DNA of 64,000 nucleotides from Tubulanus polymorphus (lineage: Eukaryota > Animalia > Nemertea). How positions within the stretch are numbered: the stretch's first letter is position 1; each line of letters opens with the position of its first letter. The notes beneath the pieces are model-generated. The model searched no databases. It saw only the letters and a list, made by a program, of their open reading frames with translations, and was not told where the DNA came from. Positions 25,486 to 36,372 of the stretch are shown here, piece after piece. The position numbers and the translations under genes were made by a program. Where the stretch lies: NCBI RefSeq assembly GCF_964204645.1, contig NC_134027.1:27738560-27802559 (forward strand). The letters run 5' to 3'.

Positions 25486-27409
25486 CTAAAACGATGAAAC
25501 AACTGCTGTGAAAAGAAAGTATATTATTAGTGCGTTACTCTACGGACCTGGTTTGAAGTTAATGCCTTCTCTGTTTCAATACATCATCACATGGACCAAT
25601 AAATGAGTTATAAAAATTCACTTACCTCAAGTTTCATCATGAAAACCAACCCCCAAAAATTTCATGTTTTTTTTAAAACCAAATTTCTATGATTTTTAGC
25701 GGGGAAATCGCCCTCGTTAAAATCAATTTTCGCAGTTTGCGATCGATAATTGAAACCACAGATAACTCTGACTCAAAACGGTGAAATATTGATTATATTC
25801 TGGTTGATAATCGAAGTACACCATGTTCAGGAAAATCGATAAAACCTGAAAATAGAAAATAAATAAAACCATTCTATTTCTATCATAAAGAGTGAGTTTC
25901 TTTTTTTCATAGAAAATTCAATTTTCAATTATAGAAAATCTAATTTCTAATAGAAAGTTAAATTCGTCTAAATTTCGATTTGCCTAATTCAGTGCAATGC
26001 TATAGACTCCAATAGACTTTTTATCTTGATTCTCTACTTTATAATCATCAGTTTTCATAAGTTCATTGATTATTCGATACCGAACTCTTTTTTATGACAA
26101 ACTCCTATCAATAATAAACGCTTCGTAGTTTGTTTTAAACATCATTAGATGAACGTACTTTGTATATTTATAATTACATTTTTATGGTGTAAAAATAATG
26201 AATTATTTAATTTCTAACAGAAAGATTCAATTAAAAAACGTTAATTTCAATCTGATCGAAAACGAAACGTTCTCGGGACAATAGAAAATGTTGTTCAGCA
26301 GTTTTCTTTTTCCATCCAGAGGAAACTAAAATGAAATTCACATTTTGGCGTCATCCAGATTTATTAAACTTAAATTTGTTCATTAGAATCCAAAGCGGTT
26401 TATTTTGAATAAATTCATATTTATCACTCCTAATATTTTGTAGCAATTGCATAAACTTGATTTGATGTTTTATCGAGATGAATTTTCATGGTCCGAAGTG
26501 GATGAATTTAAAAAAGAGAAAATATAATTTTCTAATGGAAAATTTGAATTAGAAAATTTTCGTCTAATCGAAAATGAAACGTTCTCTCTGAACACAATAG
26601 AAAATGTTGTTAGCATTATCTGCAGTTTTCTTTTACCCCAGAGGAACTGAAATGAAATTCATATTTTGGCGTTATGCAGATTTATTTTCTGGCGTCCTGA
26701 GGGCATCAAAATACGATTTTTAAATTTTCCCAACGAATATTTTCAAAAAACCATGATGCAGATTTCGTCGGGACCTCGGGACAAAGAAAACCTTTTCTAA
26801 AGTTTCGTGCACATTCTCCAAAACAATAGAAGAAAGTTATTTTTCCACATAATAGAAATTTTTTGACGTTTTAGGATTGTAGACAAATGGAATTTTCTAT
26901 TTCTGACATCAGGCTGCGCATTTAAAACAGTTCGAACACATCAAACCTCGAATTATTCTCATTTATTGCTGTCTATAAACATCTTATTAAGAATATCTAT
27001 TTAATTTGCGATTGAAAAAATTAACGAAGGCTCAGATAAAACACGATTTTTAAAACGCAGTATATATATAAAGTTATTTATAAAGTAAAAATTATTTAAC
27101 CATACAGAAAATTGATTTTGTAAAAAAAACTAACCTCAATTACAAAATCTCACTTAATATCAAAATCCAATTCAACAGTTCCACAGCTTCTGGATTCCAC
27201 AGTTACTGGATCCAAGTATTGAAATTTTAATCTTTAAAACGTTTGAAATCAACTAATTTTAGTCTTAGATTCAAACTTTATAACTGACAACTGTTGAACT
27301 GGATCCAAGAAAAGTTACAAAATTATACCGAAAAGAAGACATCGTCCTTTTTACAATAGTTTCTATGATAACCAGGATTAAGAATTGAGAGAATTTATAA
27401 ATGAACTTA

Positions 27410-27620
27410 CCGACAAAGAGAGAGAGAGAGAGAGAGAAGTGACGACTACACTTCTATACAGCTGCAACTCTGTTCGCAGACTGAACTGATCGTCCAACAC
27501 TTGCGCGATTTGCATATTCTATCGTCACGTGACCGCATCCAACCAATAGAACACCATTAAACCGAATTCTCGCCGCATTTACATAATTCAGCGTCACGTG
27601 ATCGAACTATCGTTTTGATA
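27410..27620 (-). promoter_or_regulatory. Probable aGPCR promoter and 5' UTR first exon
   Basis: Minus-strand donor GTAAGT at ~27404-27409, a (GA)n tract, two CACGTG E-boxes (~27526, ~27595), CCAAT (~27543) and local CpG enrichment. A candidate second exon lies at 25626-25845. Confidence 0.45.
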
Positions 27621-28396
27621 AAACCGGTGCATTGCGCGATTAGCATAAAACGGAATGAGCATTCTCTCGAGAGTAAGCCTTACTGGATCACCGATACCAG
27701 TTACTATATCCAGGATCCTACAGTCACTGCTGCAGGTGTGGTGTGCGTGGACCGCTTTACGCTGGGAAGTTTAAACTTATACCGCGTTCTGTTTCAAAGC
27801 TTCTTAATGAAACAGTTTTCGTTTGCAACATTTTCAAGAGTCTCTGTCCGTTTAGAAATTAAAATTCACTTTTCAAATTGAATCCATTACGAACAAACAA
27901 TAACTGCTGCTCGGCTCCGAAATGAGTGCACAGTTTCCACAGGTATCAGCTTCCAGCTTCCTCCTCCAGATCGTATCATAGCAACCAGTGATGCTTGTCT
28001 CGGATGTCCTGAGTTCATGCTGCTGCTGCTGCTGCTGCTGCTACGAACGAATTGTTGATAATGGATTCAACTCTAATATCAAACATTTATTATTTCACAT
28101 GAAAATGTTGCTTCATTTCGAATTATTTGTGAAAACGATTAGAGGCCCCATCCCGAGTGGATCAGGGTTCTAAACGGGTTAGAACTTCTTCATACAGAAC
28201 GTAACTGGTCAGTTATCTAAATTAAAAGGTCTTTCATTTCAAATATATGATATTGTGACCTTTGAAATATGTACGGATGAGTTACGACAGCACTAAATTC
28301 AGGTCAAGTCTCATGAGACCACACCTGACTGGTCACCGCAGCTAAATGGGTCACCCACACTGACCAGACAAACTTACAATCACTTCGGATCACTAC

Positions 28397-28592
28397 TGGT
28401 CTATGGTCTAGTGGTTAGAATGCTCGACTGGCATGCTCGAGGTGACAGGTTCGAGTCTTGCCAGGGTTATGGCCCATCTAGGGTTAGGGTTAGGGCCGAG
28501 CTAGGGTTAGGGTTACGCGTAGGTGGTGTTAGGCTTAGGGACAATCAAGGTTAGGGCCGATCTAGGGTTAGAGTTATGGATCACTGGTTTTT
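28397..28592 (+). mobile_element. tRNA-derived (SINE-like) head followed by degenerate TTAGGG repeats and a T5 run
   Basis: A box TGGTCTAGTGG (28404-28413), B box GGTTCGAGTC (28448-28457), anticodon-like stem CTCGA/TCGAG with a non-canonical 9-nt loop, weak acceptor stem. TAGGGTTAGGGTTAGGG at ~28479-28495 and further copies to ~28575; TTTTT at 28588-28592. Confidence 0.6.
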
Positions 28593-29473
28593 GGGTGACG
28601 GATCACTAATTTTTGGCCGGAATTGTTTTCTTAAATCAAAGATACTTGTTATCAATAGCGCTACGTGATGTTATATCAAATCTAGCCACTAAGTAGAATA
28701 AACACAGTCCAAAATGGTTTGTTTTTTTATTCAATTATTTTCATTCATCATTCATCAAACCCGGACAACATTAATTGTAGTCAATTTGTTCATTAATATA
28801 CAAAAGATGACTCTGGATTTCCCCTAAAATGGATGAATTCTGTTGGTCCCAATGATCCGAATTAAGCGGATTCAACTGTAGTCATCTCGGGGAAACGCTC
28901 GTCTTCAGTATTCGTAAGATGTCTTTTACCGCTACCATATTTGTTTGATGCTTTAAAGAAAATCCTTTCATTTTTGGCGCTTTCAACATCTTTAACACCT
29001 ACACTATTCATCTTAATGAAAAGGGGTTGGAGGTCAGATCAATCTCTATTCAACTAGTTTTATATCAATTAATACTTGTTGATTATTCAATGAAGCTGCT
29101 GTATCTGGAGGTATCACAACTTCAGCCGATATCGGTTCTACTCAATAATACTTTCCAATAAGCGTTACCTGCATTATTTATACGTAAAACTCCATCACCA
29201 TGGTGATCTAATATGGCTGTCATTAACGGTTTTGAAATTGTCCCATTAGCTGCTGAAAATCGATAGAAAAATTACGAAACCAGACACTTACTGTGGCAGG
29301 CGACATTTCATAAACAAATTCATGTATCATCAGTTCACTTCCTCGAAACATTCAGACTCCATTAGTATGTGTTAATTGTGGACGATAAGTTTGGGAAAGT
29401 GAGCTGATAAAATGTTTAATGTATGGTAGGCCTATTTGTAGAAGGGGTCCAGACTGAGGAAGGAGAATCCAGC

Positions 29474-29717
29474 CTGATGAAGGGGTCCTGAATGAGGAAG
29501 GGGTCCTGAGTGAGGAATGGGTCCTGAATGAGGAAGGGGTCCTGAATGAGGAATGGGTCCTGAATGAGGAAGGGGTCCTGAATGAGGAAGGGGTCCTGAA
29601 TGAGGAAGGGGTCCTGAATGAGGAAGGGGTCCTGAATGAGGAAGGGGTCCTGAATGAGGAAGGGGTCCTGAATGAGGAATGGGTCCTGAATGAGGAATGG
29701 GTCCTGAATGAGGAAGG
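29474..29717. repeat. 18-bp minisatellite (GAGGAAGGGGTCCTGAAT)
   Basis: Direct reading; explains the FLIQDP/PHSGPL ORFs. Confidence 0.95.
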
Positions 29718-31715
29718 AGGTCGATCCGCTTAAAACGCACAGATACAAACAACAATTGTTGATAATTTATCTACATATCTGTATTCAAACGATATTTCAT
29801 TCGTATGAAGTTTTAAATGCACGAAAGCTGATAAATAAAATAGGTTCCAGTTTTTTCTCTTCTGTCGCACAAATCTTCTTGAATTATGCAAATGAACTGA
29901 TGACGTCATTGTAACCCTGGGTGATGAGCTAACGTCTCTTCTTTGCCTGAAAAAAGAACATTAGATAAAGTTTTATACGAGAGAGCGGGAAAATAGCTGG
30001 AATTAGTCGTCAATAGTTGGAATTTAAAAAGTTTTTAATTAGTTGAAATAGAATTCAATTAGGCCTAACGTAAAACGAGGATGAAATATTTTAAAATGTA
30101 GCTCGATTTCCAGGTTGCAATTAGTCGTTATAAAAATGTTTGAATAATTCATAATGAACTGAATGCGGTACTTGAGAGGAGAGTAGTAACACGTGTAGCC
30201 GCAGTGTTTATAGGTTATCGGTGAAATTATCGGGAAAATGTGCTACAGTCAGGGTGAGGGGGAGCTGCAGGGAGGGGAGGGGGAGCTGCAGGGAGGGGAG
30301 TAAACTACTCGACGAGGAGCTGCAGCCAGTTACCATATCAACCTGTAGCTGCTGCTGCTGCTGCTGCTGCTGCTTGAGACACAGAGTCAGTAACCGTGTC
30401 AACAACTCAAGTAAACATTAGTCCTCAATCATAGTGAGTTTAAGAGTAGCTGTAAAGTGAGAGTCATCATCGGGACCCAGACCCATCACTGGTCACCTGA
30501 CACCTATGTAGGGTCTTACGAATATTTGGCTAAAAGATTGACACCTTGTTTCTCATTTCTGTTATGCTTAAAAGTTGACCCGACCCGGCCGCCTATCTAC
30601 ACTAGTGTACATTAGTTATAACTAAATCATGATCAAGCTAATCGGAACAGACCTGGTAGATATCAACTGATTACTGATAGTTTACTAAATGGCCACCTGG
30701 CTAGGGTTAGGAAAAACAAGGTATCACTTTCTTTAATATCACAAATTTATGTGAGATGAGTTTGAAGTGAAAGGTGTATGTAATTAGCCTATTAGGCGTA
30801 GCCTATAAAAAATAACTAGGTACAAATTGCTTGATGTAATACATGTAATACACTAATACACGTGTATCTTAAAATTCACTATTGAATGAATGTTTTGAAA
30901 CCAAGACAACAGAAATTCACTGGTAACCAGAGAAACACTGGATTATTACACTAATACATCATCATCAGCAGCGGCTGCGGCAGCAAACAATTCATTTTAC
31001 ATCAGCCAAGATTAATTTCTATTGTCTCGATCACGGATAGATAACGACAGTGCTGACACCTATCAACCGATACTCACAACTAAAGGCAGTAATTCATTAG
31101 TATTTGATGATCTTCGTTTAGTTTTAATTCTACAAAAAATAAACATCAAACAAACATGAAGATTAATGTCTGTCCACAATTGACACTTTCTCTCATACAG
31201 TTCTCACGTAGAAAATATTAAACCAATATTTATATACAAGAGTTTTTTCTTTTTGTCATTTCGTTGCAGTTGCCCACGTTAGTGTCAGGGCTGGGTTTCA
31301 TAGATGTGGAAGAAAAATTGTCCCTGGGAATATTTTGAAATTCGTCAGTTATAACCATGGATTCTCATTGTTACTACGGTGGTTATAACCCAAATTTAGG
31401 AGTTATCCCTAGGGATTACTTTGATACTCAGTCTATGAAACCGGGCCCAGCTTTACAAGGACTGCATAAATCGCAGTCAAACTCGCTTAAGCTGTTATTA
31501 GGATCAGTCGTCAAATCACTGAAATCATCTCTATATTTTGAGTCACAATTCGTATTGACAATGAATTAATTTTGACAACGTATTGCTTGTCACGCCATCT
31601 GGTGGGATAGCTGATGTCACGGGTTTCCTATTCAATCTAGTAATATAAGTGTAATGTATGATCACAACTAAGAGGACTGTGTGTTTCACTGCGCGCACGA
31701 GTAGTATCTTTCTAC

Positions 31716-34700
31716 CTACACATCATCGACATTGTGATGTTCTGTTTGTTCTATACTTTCTTTTCGATGATTTCTATGTTGCGGAAATGAAGGCATCAAA
31801 TCAGGATCACAGGCTGAAAATAAAATCAGAAGGCTCAAATAGCTGGGGGTGTGAATTCAGTATGCTAGGAGAGCTTTGATTTAGGACCTCCAGTTATATG
31901 TGGTTGAACAGCAGTATCACCAGATGAAATGATGTCTCCTTTAAATTTGACATGATTATTATTCATCGATGTTAAACAGAGCGGACTGTTATAAAACACT
32001 CACGTAAAGGTTGCTCTTTAAAATATGAACTTTCACAGCAATCGGCAGCAGTAGCTCTACAAACATACAACAACATTCCAACAATATCACTTACTGATTA
32101 TATATAATCAAACATTGAAAATAAACAGTCCAAAGTGTCTCCTTGAACTCGATTTCACAATATCCTAATAGTCATCTTCACGAATGCTTAAGTTAGAACA
32201 AAACTGTGAGATATATATCCAAAAACATTTTCAAACTAAAATAATGAAAAACAGAACAACAAACTGGGGGGGGAACTTATGTCAAATGATTATGATTTAT
32301 TGAAATCATTTAAAATTGTTTTTACCTTTTCTTCGGATCGAACATGAATAGAAAGTTTAATAGTCTGATTCCGGCTTCTGAAATCCACGGAAATTTTAAC
32401 CGCAAATTATTATAGCTGAAAAAAATACACGCAAATTATCATCAAAACCAGAAACTTTAGAATAAAATTTTATATTTTTCAGGATCGGATTGAAATCATT
32501 TTAAGACTTACGGTTGATTTTTCAGCGAAAAATGTTCCAACGCTGGAAGGTTTTGAAATCCCTAAAGAAACAATAATTCCTAAATCAGTGAATCATTTTT
32601 AAATATGAAGATGAATTTAATGGTTGAATGATTATAAAACTTACAGGCCAAATACTTTCATTAGGAGTTCCGAACATTTCAACGATTAAATCAATTTGTT
32701 GTATTTCTGACCAGCCCGGTAATAATGGTTTATGAGCTAATAATTCAGCAAGGATACAACCAGCAGCCCTGCAATATAAACATCATACTCTCCTACAGTC
32801 TTACATCTATCACAAAACTGTATCCTTAAATATTTGTCTGCTTTTGGTTACTTCATGTTTTCAATGAAATATTCAAACTTAGCAGTTAAAAAAAAAACTT
32901 TTTCATGATACTGGAGCCAGGGTTAGTTTCACAAATGTTCCTGTATCAATTTGAAATGAATTGATGAATTAAAAAGATTTTAAGAATTGAACCTTTATGT
33001 TACACTGGACCCTGAGACTTAAATCTTTATCATTTAATATTGTCATAATTGCTTTGTTTTTCAGGGTGTCAACAGGCCAGGTTGACACGGTGTTGACAGG
33101 CAAGGTTGACAAGGTTGACAGGCCAGGTTGACAAGGCCTATTAAAGGTGGCCACTAATTCTCTAAATCTAGTCACATTAATTTTGTAAATGTAACCACAC
33201 TAGGTAGATACATACCACATATCAATAGCTGTAGTTTGATTAGTGTCTCCTAGTAATAATTCTGGTGATCGATACCACAAAGTAACGACTTTAGGAGTCA
33301 TAGGTTTACTGGGTACACCGTACGTCCGTGCTAAACCAAAATCAGCTACAAACAAATAATAGATTCCACTATTTCAATAAAACTTTACAATTGTGAGAGA
33401 TCTAGGACAATGAGCTACAGAAATCTCTACTCGTGTTGGATCTTAGAACGATAACCACACTCAAACGTGGTGAACGGATAATAAAATTAAAACCCACTAT
33501 CTACAGATTAAAAGAATTTAAAAACAAGAATTTATTTTTTTCACACCTGACGATGATCTCTAGGTTGAGATCGAAACGTCGTGTATTCTATATATTTTAG
33601 ATTGAATAAATAAATTCTTGTTTTTAAATTCTTTTTATCTGTAGATTGTGGGTTTTTATCTTATTATCTCTACTCGTGTTGGATCCAATCAACATCAGAG
33701 ATAACTTTATCAGAGACAACCGTTTAACTCAAGAGATGTCAGTGAAATTTAGTCCTCAAAGATCTAGAAGACTAGAAGACTCAAAGACTAGAACAGAGTC
33801 TGCGGTAAATGTATAAACGAACCTATTTTCACACATCCCTTGTCGGTCATCAGCAAATTAGATACTTTTAAATCTCTACAAAATATGAAATACATAATCA
33901 TTAGAAGTCAGACTGAAGACTTACAGAGAATCGGACTAAAGACTTAGAGAGAATCTTCATCAACTGTGAATTTACCTGTGAATTATATACTGGGAATGAA
34001 TGTATTTCAAACCATTAAAAACTTGAATCATGATACATTTCACCTGAAATTTGAAATCAAATCATTTTTAAGGAAGAATTTGATAAGATTTTGAGATGAA
34101 TGAATTGATAGTTAACGAACCTCGGCCTCAGAGAATGGATTCTGCATATTATCCAATAGACAACCTAAATCTTGTTCACAGTAGTTCATTACTAGAAATA
34201 TACTGAAATAAACAATACTACATTTAAACCAGAACCTAGTACACGACCTAGTTCAATAGTACACGACCTAGTTCAATAGTACACAACCTAGTTCAATAGT
34301 ACACGACCTAGTTCAATAGTACATGACCTAGTTCAATAGTACACAACCTAGTTCAATAGTACACGACCTAGTTCAATAGTACATGACCTAGTTAAAACTA
34401 CACGACCTTATAATTCTTTAGGAATCAATTCCACAGTAATTGGTTAATTTCTTAGACCTGGTGGAACCAGAACTGTGGAAGTGGATCTTGACAGAAAGAT
34501 CGATTTATAAACCTGATGAATAATTTACCTGTAGATTGATTTATAAACCTGATGAATAATTTACCTGTTAAGACTTTTCCCCACAACTATTTCTGTTAAT
34601 TCTACGATATTTTCATGACGTAAATTCATTAAAATATTGATTTCCCTCAAAGCACTAACAGGTGCTCCTAAAATATACAACAAATTGACAAAGTAAATAA

Positions 34701-35206
34701 CAGGTGCCCCTAAAATATACAACAAATTGACAAAGTAAATAACAGGTGCCCCTAGATACAAATCAAATAGAAAATCATTGAAATCTTACCGTCTTTAGCG
34801 TTTTCCAATCGAGTTCTTTTCAGGGCAACAATTTCATTAGTTTTAGTGTCTCGAGCCCGGTCTGAAAATACGATACAATTACTTACATTGTAATAATACA
34901 TCACATTGAGTCAGTTATACTGTAATACATTGTAATACTCACACACTATACCATATGTTCCCTCTCCAATACGGTTCAATTTCTCAAACTCTGTCACACT
35001 TCTACATCTTCCCAGCTGGAAAAGGAAAAATACTGCGGAATTTTAATTTCAATTTCATGGTAATTAATTGAATAATCAATATTCTATAGATTAATAATTA
35101 CCCGATCAAACTCTTTTATTTCTATAGTCTGTTCCGTTTTAAATGAACATAATGAATTCACTGCTTCTTTTGAGACTAATGAATCATTTTGAGACGATGA
35201 CATCAT
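31716..35206 (-). CDS. CDK10: Cyclin-dependent kinase 10 (about 13 coding exons)
   Basis: Spliced translation reads DR|[24 protein letters not shown]|[16 protein letters not shown]...[10 protein letters not shown]...IH|[18 protein letters not shown]|[33 protein letters not shown]...FDPKK|RATAADC...[14 protein letters not shown], typical of CDK10. ATG at 35206, stop at 31716-31718. Confidence 0.95.
33443..33668 (+). mobile_element. Penelope-like retroelement relic: ~60-bp inverted repeat around a hammerhead, flanked by a ~20-bp target-site duplication, in a CDK10 intron
   Basis: Direct repeat ATCTCTACTCGTGTTGGATC at 33423-33442 and 33666-33685; inverted arms at 33477-33537 and 33608-33668. 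Confidence 0.75.
33543..33584 (+). ncRNA. Minimal type I hammerhead ribozyme with intact core
   Basis: ACAC-CTGACGA-T-GATCTC-taggtt-GAGATC-GAAAC-GTC-GTGT gives stem I (4 bp), CUGANGA, stem II (6 bp), GAAA, a loopless palindromic stem III and a GUC cleavage triplet (cut after 33580). Confidence 0.85.
34237..34408. repeat. 20-bp minisatellite (TAGTACACGACCTAGTTCAA)
   Basis: Direct reading; CDK10 intron. Confidence 0.95.
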
Positions 35207-35219
35207 CTCACATAGCCTA

Positions 35220-35500
35220 CCGGTCTCAGATACCGGTCTCGGATACCTGTCTCAGATGCCACTCTCAGATATGGCTGTCAGGTACCGGTCTCAGATACCG
35301 GTCTCGGATACCACTGTCAGATACCTGTCTCAGATACCTGTCTCAGATAGCGGTCTCAGATACCGGTCTCGGATACCTGTCTCAGATGCCTGTCTCAGAT
35401 ACCTGTCTCAGATACTGGTCTCGGATACCACTGTCAGATGCCGGTCTTAGATACCTGTCTCAGATAGCGCTGTCAGATGTCAGTCTCAGATACCAGTGTC
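35220..35500. repeat. ~12-bp minisatellite (GTCTCAGATACC) just upstream of the CDK10 ATG, probably in the 5' UTR
   Basis: Direct reading; lies between a candidate minus-strand acceptor (~35535) and the ATG at 35206. Confidence 0.85.
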
Positions 35501-35599
35501 TAGGATAGGCTCTTCTCTTTATGGTAGTAAGCTACTGAAAAATAAATGTATCATTATCACATCGACATTTCTGTGCACATTCTTTCTCTTCTAAAACAG

Positions 35600-36372
35600 A
35601 CATGCATCATCCAAAAATACTTGTGAACACGAGTGTGTTGGGCGGTTTATACATAGGAATAATTTAAGGATAGGAGAATAAACTTTTAAACCAGGCTGGT
35701 TAAATCCACGGTACACGAGGTACGAGATAGCTAGGGGTCCAAAATCAAAGATACGACCCAGTATCCTAGGTACCACCTATAAAAAAGAAAGGCAATACCT
35801 TAGATACTGGGTCGAATCTTTGAGGCAGGGGTAGCTATCATGACAAGCCCCTGCCTGCCTGGTGGTGTTTGAATCGAGCCATGGTGCGCCTCTCTCTAAA
35901 AATCGACAGTTATACTCAAACTGTACAGTACAAATATCAATAACAAGTCCTTTAAAAAGGGTAGCGATTTTCAACTTTATAACTGTGTCACTGCACAGAT
36001 TTCATTCTCTTCTCCTTTTTTACATTGTTCTCTTGATTTTTGTTTGGGCCCAAATTAATGGTTTTGATAAATCAAATCATCAAAAATATAGATAATTAAG
36101 CCTAAAACTTTATCAGTTGTTAGCCGACTGTTTCCAAATAAGTAATTAGAATGATTTATATCAATTGTTACCAGTTTATTTAGTTGGAAAAAGTTTGAAT
36201 CGGCTTTAATGCTGTCGATATACCGCCGTCAATATAATTTAATTGAATTGTCAAAACACTGATCTGGACTGCTATAAGGACTACTGATTCGGACTACTGA
36301 TTCGGACTACTGGCAGGTACCCGGAAGTATTTTAGAGGGAATTCCCCGATTTCAGCGAGATTTTGAAGGAAG
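35600..36372. promoter_or_regulatory. Divergent (probably shared) promoter region for CDK10 and Sowah
   Basis: Start codons are head-to-head ~1.17 kb apart. ETS-like CCGGAAGT (36321-36328), palindrome GGGAATTCCC (36337-36346), three GGACTACTG repeats (~36278-36312) and a 27-bp inverted repeat (35746-35822). Confidence 0.55.

Noticed and set aside
24896-25489. Val-rich plus-strand ORF
   Set aside because: Antisense shadow of the Thr/Ser-rich aGPCR exon.
28397-28470. Functional tRNA gene
   Set aside because: The acceptor stem is mostly G-U pairs and the anticodon loop is 9 nt; treated as a tRNA-derived element.
28470-28580. Telomerase RNA template or true telomere
   Set aside because: Repeats are degenerate and interstitial, and the Pol III strand is G-rich rather than the C-rich template strand.
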